Origin: Octopus vulgaris
Lineage: Eukaryota
Length of the DNA stretch: 64,000 nucleotides
Direction of reading: 5' to 3'
Assembly: GCA_951406725.2 (NCBI GenBank)
Contig: OX597815.1
Coordinates: forward strand, 82,832,001-82,896,000
Both the position numbers and the translations under genes were made by a program. Positions 55,329 through 64,000 of the stretch are shown here, one piece after another. Numbering within the stretch: position 1 is the stretch's first letter; each line of letters starts with the position of its first letter. The notes under the pieces are model-generated. The model saw only the letters and a program-made list of their open reading frames with translations. It was not told where the DNA came from and did no database searches.

Positions 55329-55366
<38 letters not shown>

Positions 55367-55384
55367 GTGTGTGTGTATACTTGC

Positions 55385-55452
55385 CCGCATACATAAATAC
55401 AGAAATTTCGTAGCAGAAATCGTGCCACTCGCGACGAATAATTTTTTGGCGG
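55385..55452 (-). CDS. Candidate coding exon with GC donor (5' boundary uncertain)
   Basis: tttacctttgaaag|C CGC CAA...TAT GCG G|gcaagt = RQKIIRREWHDFCYEISVFMYA(G); CpG-rich relative to its flanks; phase 1 out. Confidence 0.45.
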
Positions 55453-56264
55453 CTTTCAAAGGTAAATTTCAATACATGAATTGTTACAACGGTCACCTTA
55501 GTACTAGACTGTGACACGTATGAATATTCCTCCAAGAAAATAATACCATTGCATCACACAATTTGACAAAGCATAATGATTTTTTTTTCTGTCTATAGAG
55601 AAACACAAACACTAGCATCATGCATACCTTTTCAATATGGAATCCTGCAGGAACAAACAATGTCTAACTTAAAAAGTACTAAAAAACAAAAAAATTAAAA
55701 GAATCGTAGACCTTTGTTCGACTTGTACCACCCACTCTCATTCCCTTATAACAACGGAAAAAATTTTTGACCCAATGTTAATAAAATATCAATATACGAA
55801 AGTAAAAGTACCTTGTATTGAAATGTAATTTTCCGTATTTATAGTCGCCAATCTCAGATGAAATAGTGTTGCTATGTAACTATTTGTATGGATGTTCTAT
55901 TTTAATTGCATTTTTTTTATGTTACAGATTTCCTTTTTCATATAATCTATAGCTCATCAAGCATATCACACATTGAAATGAAATGCTGTGGGCTACAAAC
56001 TAAGTGGAAAAATAACTGTCTAAAGGAAAACAGCATTCTGCAAATTATTTTTTAAATAGAATAGAAAAAGAAAATCAGTTAAATTTATTTTCAAATAATT
56101 AATGAGCACAAATTTATTCTTCCCGCTGTCATTAGTTTTTAAACTGTGACAACATAATTTTGTGGGTGTGTGTAAAAGAACGGGGTATGTATTACACAGT
56201 GGTGCACCTCATAGTGCTCTTCACACTAAAAATTATAAGATGGTATGGCATATATTTTAACCTT

Positions 56265-56665
56265 TTATGTCTTACTTGCTTCTGTTAAACTGGGTCACGC
56301 CTTAGAAGTTTTAGTCGATCAACCTCAGTACTTCTTTCTTTGTTTGCATAAGCCTGATACTTATTTTATCTGCCTCTTTTTTTACCGACCCGCTAAGTCA
56401 CGGGTACGTAAAGAAACCAACGCCAGTTGTCAAACGGTAGTGGCAGACAGCACAAACACCATAACACCATAACATGCCCGCTCGCACACGTATTCGCGCA
56501 CTCATAATACGGACTTCCTTCAGTTTCCGTCTAGCAAATCTACTCACAGGGATTTGAATGGCCTGAAGCTACAGCAGAGACTGTTGCATAAGGTGCTACA
56601 AAATGGGACTGAACCTGGAACCATGTGGCTGGGAACAAACTTCTTATCAAACAGCTGCACCTATT
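56265..56665 (-). mobile_element. Diverged SINE S1
   Basis: Reverse complements of the tail (56265-56445) and head (56510-56665). Confidence 0.7.
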
Positions 56666-57163
56666 GAAGATGTATGGACATGTAGAGTTTTAAACTCTCT
56701 TTCGGAGACTTTAAAATACCATTAACTTACTTCCAATAAGACATAAAGATTAAAAAGTAATGTATCTGCATTATGTTTAAATTCGTTTCTTTTTACATTG
56801 TTTAAAGCAGTACAGTCACAAAAACAATGATAAATATTTGCATACCACTAAATATAGCATAATTTGAAGAAGAATGGATGATGCACTCTAGGTTACCTTC
56901 ACAGTAGCTCTTATACTGGAGAAATTGATGCAAATGATGTTAACCTGGACATCTGTTATATGACAACTGCAGAATATATGTTGGTAGGAAGAACATTCGA
57001 AGAATGTTCGGCACGCTGGTTAGCAACTGCGTGAGTGGAGTTTATGTGAGCATGTACGCCTTTTATTTCGGGAGGTCTTGGCTCGAGATAGCATTCAAAT
57101 ATCTAGTACAGATGTGTAGAAACCATTAGAAAACACAAACAAACAGACAGTGATATAATATAT

Positions 57164-57201
<38 letters not shown>

Positions 57202-57204
57202 ATA

Positions 57205-57574
57205 TTATTACCTCCACCGTAGCAAAGGTGGAGGTATTGTTTCAGTCGTGTTTGTTTGTCCGTGGACAAAATACAACAAAAATCGCTGGATGGATTTGGA
57301 GGAAACTTTTTGGGATGTTTGGCCTCGTGACTAGCACGAACTGATTAGGTTTTTGGGATCGAACCATCAGTGGATAAAGATTCTGGATTTTTTTTTCTTT
57401 TTTTGTTTCTTAATTCAATTTTGAGAGCGGTCATGTTCAGTTTTAGCATTCTCGTTTTCGAAAGCAGTCCAGTTTATTTCAGATATTACCATTTTAAAAA
57501 TCATCTCTGAATAATTGTTGTGAGAACATTGGTGTTCCCTTGGCGGAGGTTTGCGCTCTCTGACTGCTCTTGTT
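57205..57574 (+). mobile_element. Non-autonomous Helentron/DINE-1-like element
   Basis: 5' ttattacctccacc..ggtggaggt hairpin, (gttt/gtcc) tract, 3' ccttggcggaggt subterminal IR followed by the gcgctctctgactgc stem-loop. Confidence 0.8.
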
Positions 57575-59052
57575 TGTATTGTTATTCGGTGATTCTTTGA
57601 CCATCCGACGAATGACTTTCATTTAAATGCATTTTTTGAGCATTCGGAAATACGGACATTCATGTGGGAGCAGTACTTTATTGTGTGGCGTAGGAAGGTA
57701 GTGACTGAAATTGAAAATTCTTTCTGAGGTTGTTTTGTTAAATTCACCAATTATCTTTATATGGTCCGATATTGATAGAAGTTACTTTTGCAGTAGTATG
57801 ATATAACTGTCTCTGATTGTCAAAAAGGAATGTATGAAAACGTTTCCTTGAAGTGAGCATCGTTTCCGTATGTTATTCCACTAAAAACAAAAAACAAAAA
57901 AAAAAAAATACAAAGGTTAGTGATCTCCCGATTCATTAATAATCCAAAATGAAACAGTTTTCCGTATGGAATCTAATAATTACGCACACATATACCCGTC
58001 AAATGAAACCCCTAATGTACATTGAAATACGCCGTCTAATGGAATGTAATCCACAACTATATTCTATAAATGAAAGTAGAATATGTACACTCACTCTATA
58101 AATACAGTGTAGCACATACACTGTACACGTTCTAATGAAATATTTTCCTGATGATGGCGGCATTCATGACCACTCAATTTACTGGAATTAGCAGACTGAA
58201 CGACATCAACCTCAAATTACACTCTTTTAACATGAAAAGTACACGTTTGATAATATAGTTCCATGTATCTGTAAAACGTCAGGGCGGATACGACTGGAAC
58301 GCTTTTGTTCATAACTCTGTTCGATCAGTGAAGACCTAGAGACTAATATCCTTAGAACAAAAAAAGTCTTTTTTTTTTCTTTTTTTGTCAACGTTTATGC
58401 TGAAGATAAGTGGATAAGACATTGAAACATTGGTGATACGCTGAAAAAAATATACAAAGTGAATTTTAAAATAAAACATCAGACGGAAGAAATGAATAAT
58501 AAAATATTATGCAATAGAAACAGACACATTACATTGCTTTTGATATATACTGACGACTTCCTTTTATATACAAGAACAAACGCTTCTACACAGATATAAG
58601 TCATCAGCTTCGTATGAATATTTCCGACACATACATAAACATATATGTAGAAACCGGCATTCAGAACTCATATATGCATAAAAATTATATATACGTATAT
58701 AGTTACCGGTACACGCACTGACACACACGTGAAAAGAGACACACAATATATTTGTGTGTGTTTGTGCTTCTCTCTGCGTTTGTGGTAAACAAAGTCGACA
58801 GATGAATAAAATAGGAAGATGTATACGTACATAACATATTTCTTCAAAGTAAAGTCATCGATCATTTATACGCATGCATCTATAACTTGTACACGCATAT
58901 AGAGAGAGATACTTATAAATAGATTATTATAATGTAATACAGGTATACGTGTATCTGTATACCCAAACACGCACACACACATATATACGGGTATACACAC
59001 GCATACACACGAACGCAAACTCACACACATATATAAGTATATACACACACAC

Positions 59053-59091
<39 letters not shown>

Positions 59092-59131
59092 CACATGCAC
59101 ACATATATTCACACACATACATACAAAAAGA

Positions 59132-59176
<45 letters not shown>

Positions 59177-59179
<3 letters not shown>

Positions 59180-59379
59180 GGTCCCGGGTTGATCCGGGGT
59201 TAACCACAGTAAGTAAGGTACTCAATACATAGCAGAGTAAAATTAATTTATTATATAGAAGGAGCTTCTACAGGACTAGTACTGTTTCATTCAAGAGAAA
59301 TCTTCAGGAAGCTCAGGAGCTTCCTGAAGATTTCTCTTGAATGAAACAGTACTAGTCCTGTAGAAGCTCCTTCTATATA

Positions 59380-59385
<6 letters not shown>
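59177..59385. mobile_element. Fold-back HHR cassette with perfect 69-bp arms, between (TA)n tracts
   Basis: 59246-59314 is the exact reverse complement of 59317-59385; 2-nt spacer. Confidence 0.9.
59316..59370 (+). ncRNA. Type-I HHR, canonical core (mirror copy at 59261-59314, minus strand)
   Basis: ggagcttc CTGAAGA t-ttc-tctt-gaa-t GAAA cag-tactagtc-ctg TA gaagctcc; 8-bp stem I. Confidence 0.82.
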
Positions 59386-59419
<34 letters not shown>

Positions 59420-59772
59420 CGAGACAGATACGTCGATGTTATGAGAGAGGATAGAATAGATATTTTGCGAAGACAGAATTAAATTATCCGTGAAATTAGG
59501 AGAAAGATATTATTATAGACAGAAAACGTAAAAATGTAACAACAATACCCCGCTCACACACACACACACACACACACTCACACAAGCACACAGACAAATA
59601 TACTTACAAATATGTTTGCGTGTTTCTAAAGTGGATAATAAAGGATGAATGAAATCTATGAAATGAGTGGAAATATGATTAAGCGAAAAATTACTCAATA
59701 TTGTAAAGTAAAGAAAAATGTAAAAGATTTTCAGGGATGCTACTCAAGTTTTGTGGTTTCTCTTCTTTAGAT

Positions 59773-60652
59773 TAAGGGTAATGCGAAACATATATTCTCG
59801 ATGCGACAATGCCGTTGTAGTTCGGGCTTCCAGCGCTAGAAACCTATTGCTGCAAATCTCAGGCATCAGTCTGCCAACCGCCATCGTGTAGTAAAGTCGT
59901 ACAGCCACGTGGTACGCCTTTGTTTTACAGCGCTTCTCTATTATTCGTCGATTTTTGCGATGGCTGAAACGAAGGAACAGCGTGCTTCTGTGAAATTCTG
60001 TTTTCTGCTGAGAAAAACGGCAGCCGAAACAGTTGTCATGCTTGAAACAATTTACAAGGACGCTGCCATAGGCAAAAAAGAAGTTTACGTGTTTTTTTCA
60101 CGCTTTAGGAAAGGTCACTTGTCGCGTGAAGACCAACCTCGTTCAGGGCGACCGTCGACCACTCGAACGAATGAAAACATCATGAAAATTCATGAAATGA
60201 CCTTGAAGGACCGACGAACTTGCTGATATGATTAACGTGTCCTCGATCTCCTGCTAACGAATGTTATGCGAGGAATTGTGAATGAAAAATTTGCAGAAAA
60301 ATTTCTCCCTCACTTGCTTACGGAAGATCAAAAGCAGTCACAACTGAATGCTTGTAGTGAACTGAAAGAGCAGCTGGAAGTTGATCCGGACGCTTTTTCG
60401 AAGGTCATCGCTGGTGATGGAAGCTGGTGCTACAGAATTTGCAGATGTGGTAGAGGTGAAATAAATAACGACGGAGGCGTTGAAATGCATCACTTCACAA
60501 GAGTTCCAGTACTGCTTCGAACAACGGAAAACGCGTCTGGACCGATGCTTTGCTTTAAATGGAGAATTCTTCGAAGGTGATAAAAGTGAAAACAAGTAAA
60601 ACTAAGAAAATAAAATAACATTGCAAAGTTCCGATTTCTTTTGGCTACCCAC
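59773..60652 (+). mobile_element. Mariner transposon with internal deletion
   Basis: EQRASVKFCFLLRKTAAET...FSRFRKG..SREDQPRSGRPST; KFLPHLLTEDQK...FSKVIAGDGSWCY fused to C-terminal FADVVEVK...RLDRCFALNGEFFEGD; most of the DDD domain is missing. Confidence 0.9.
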
Positions 60653-61453
60653 TTTGATGTAAATATAAATTTCGCTTATGCATTGTGAGACTAATAACCG
60701 AAATTCATGCGTACGCATATATTCACATATTTCTATTAATACATCTAATTACATTTTGGACGTACACTTTTGTTATATACATCTGTATTGACTTTCTCAT
60801 TGATAATGCATTTCTCTAAATATGCACAAATATAATTCTTTCCCAAATACATTGCACTTCACACTCGAGGCTCAAATGCAGCAATAAGGTGTTATTCAGG
60901 CACTGAACTACAAGTCCTCAACATCTTATACCAGGAACAGCTGTAAACAAATGAGGTTCATTAGATGATCATTTATTACTTTGTTATCTTGTTCAACATT
61001 TGATGATACTATAAACACATCTACCGATAATTTTAGGCTCTTCTCTCTTTTACAAATTTTCTCCTCTCTCTATTGTATCCCCCAAATACATTTTCCTACT
61101 ATACCTGCATTGTAAACAGAAGTAAATAATTTGGTGTTATCTCTTTTATTTGTCTTTAATTAGTGGCATAGACCTAAAATTTAGGCCCCCTTGTTTCTAC
61201 TTTCTTTTTATCTCCTTCTATGTTTATTTTTGTTGAACATGTATCTTCACTCTTTCAATTTAGCAGGTGATTACATATCAATCAACCAATCAATCAGTCA
61301 ATCAATCAAACAATCAATCAATCAATCTACCTATCTATCTACCATCTAAAGATGGAGGTGCAAATAGGACAGAGGTAAGTCTAAGACATTTCAATTTAAA
61401 AGGGAGATTTACTTTTGTGCTATTTCAACCTCCATCTGCCATATATATATATC

Positions 61454-61516
<63 letters not shown>

Positions 61517-61569
61517 ATGCATACATACATACACACATACATGCTTGACTGCTAAATCCACAGGTTATT

Positions 61570-61655
61570 TATAAATTCTCTCTATGTCTATTTTCTCTTG
61601 TTCCTTTCTGTTGAAGAGCGTAGGCTCGAAAAGTAAATGACTTTCTCACTTTACC
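61570..61655 (+). mobile_element. Family A pLTR fragment with HHR-like motif (61604-61640)
   Basis: cttt CTGTTGA a gagc-gtag-gctc GAAA ag ta aatga. Confidence 0.65.
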
Positions 61656-61660
61656 GTCAA

Positions 61661-61701
<41 letters not shown>

Positions 61702-62379
61702 CATGCGTAGTTTATTTGATTTCTTCTTACAGAATCATTTTTCTCCTTTACTGGCATCTTTCGCTATTGGTTTCCTTTCTTTAGTATTTCAGTTCGATCC
61801 ACGCAATTTCATTTTAAATTCATTGAAATTAATTTAAATTTACATTACTTTTTTACCCCATTAATCTGATTTATTCCGAATCAGTTCCTTGGAAATTTAT
61901 TTTGATTTACTCTTCCACATTTTCTTCGAATTCTATAGTTTCAATACGTATATATTTAAGCGTTTATATAATTTTTATGTATTCATATAGATACATAAAC
62001 ACGTAAGTGAATACTTACACAGACACAATCACACAGACAGACACACACACATATGTCTACAAACAAACACATACACACACGCAAGAACACAAGTATAAAC
62101 ACACACATACATTAAACTGGCCACGTACATGTATTATATATAATTGTTTTCAACAAGCAGTTGACTGTTTAATAATCTATATCACTTTCTTAAACACCCC
62201 AGCTGTTTACCTAGATTTTTTTGTCTACCGTCCTGCTTAATTCAACGCCCAGCCCTAATTATTGCTCAGTCGCATTTTAAGTTAAAGAATTCCTTATTCA
62301 TAGAATGCATATTTAAACCAGTTTTACATTCGAACTGAATTTAGGTATTCATTGAGCGTGTGACTATAGAAGTAGAAGA

Positions 62380-62454
<75 letters not shown>

Positions 62455-63937
62455 AGTGGTGGTGGTGGTGGTGATGGTGGTGGTAGTGGCGATGGTTGTA
62501 GTAGTAATAGTAGTAGTAGTAGTAGTGGTAGTGGTGGTGGTGGTGGTGATGGTGGTAGTAGTGGCGATGGTTGTTGTAGTAGTAGTAGGAGGAGGAGGAG
62601 GGAAAATAAGTCATATGAACGTAATTGGTAACTTTTTAAGTTTGATTTTTTAAGCGCCATAACAAGAAAGTAGAAGTGTATAATGCAATCAGACGTTTAC
62701 GTGTAAATTGAAACAAACTATATCGGCGCCACTGGTGGAATCTTTAGACAGATACACCCAAACATACACATACACTATACACAAAAGGATCGCAACGTCC
62801 CTGTGCAGTCACTCTGCGAGTGAAAGGAAAACAAGATTACTGCAAATATAAAATGGCAAAATACCAAACATTCATTCCAGATTTACACATAAAGCCAGTT
62901 GACTACAATCCTTAAGGCGCGCTCATATACTTGAATATTTCGCAAAACATAAATTCTACAGAATTTTGCATTCTCTCACATACACAAGCACATACAAATA
63001 CACACAGATATTTCAAAATAAGAGAAACAAAATTCCATTAAAGAACTGATATAATTTACCCCAAAAAACATTATCTGCAAATTACTCAACCTTAATAATA
63101 CAATTCATTAGGAAATAGTTGCGAGATACGCTCTAAATTACTGTTACAAGTAAACAATTAATACGCAACATTTAACATACTCATATGCACACACACACAC
63201 ATACTGACAAACACACATATGCACACACTCACACTTACACATAAATATTATGTATCACCAAATCTCCTAAAAATAAAAAAAAATTGATAACTAAACTGCC
63301 CATGTTCAACTGCGAGAAATACAAACACTATATTATGAAGAAGAACATGAACAATCAATTAAAAGAGAAACACCAACCAATCACAAAACACCAAGCTCTC
63401 ATACACACCAAAGGATATGACTTCAGCGCTAATACCGAGTTGTAACTGTCCTCGCCTGAAGATTGTAGTGGCGTGAAACTAGAATTGCAGGAGAAATTTT
63501 ATTTAAGTTTTAACGAAAAAAACGCTTATACTTTATAACGTGTATAGAATTCTCATCTCTCATTCGTCCGACCTTAACCAACATACTAATATTTACACAA
63601 ACACCGCCCAAAGATACACGCGCGCAAACACACAAACACACATACACACGTATGTGTATATGCAGATATACGTATGAACGTTCCTGTAGGCATAATTTTT
63701 ATTGCTCTTTTGAAAAGTAATATATATATTAGAAGCCTTTCTCATTTACGAGACTCATGATGGACATGGTCATACGTCAAGATGAATATTATACATTACA
63801 TTAAAGTTAATGTGATTTATAGCATTTCCTCGTTTTTGATTTATAAGAGCTCTTAAAACGAACACTCCGTTTGAAAAATTCTTTTAGAGCAAAACTTATA
63901 GACACGTGTAACACAACACATCTATTTTGTTAAGCAA

Positions 63938-64000
<63 letters not shown>

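Noticed and set aside
56891-57030. Possible plus-strand exon (GYLHSSSYTGEIDAND...WLATA|gtgagt)
   Set aside because: Purine-rich acceptor, no partner exon, no recognisable homology, and antisense to the better-supported gene model.
60855-60945. Strong minus-strand acceptor (tcatttgtttacag) as a possible upstream exon
   Set aside because: All three frames reach a stop before any good donor.
63456-63495. ctgaaga...gaaactag motif
   Set aside because: Stem II pairs poorly and there is no UH site after stem III.

Overview
AT-rich, microsatellite-saturated animal genomic DNA. The tRNA-headed SINE families and the (TA)n/(CA)n/(CATA)n load point to an octopus-like cephalopod (inference). Almost all ORFs in the track are microsatellite read-throughs. 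Real content: (1) many SINE copies built from swappable head and tail modules; (2) decayed DNA transposons (maT DD37D, two Tc1, one mariner, a mariner MITE, a Helentron/DINE-like element); (3) at least four remnants of Penelope-like retroelements (PLEs); (4) a phase-compatible four-exon chain on the minus strand that may encode the C-terminus of an unidentified protein; (5) the main signal, about 17 type-I hammerhead ribozyme (HHR) motifs from at least 7 sequence families. Most HHRs lie in short ORF-less fold-back or greater-than-unit-length cassettes abutting (TA)n tracts, and several families carry fixed non-canonical catalytic cores (U3-A8 swap, U4C, A6U). All folds were paired by eye; no database search or folding program was run.
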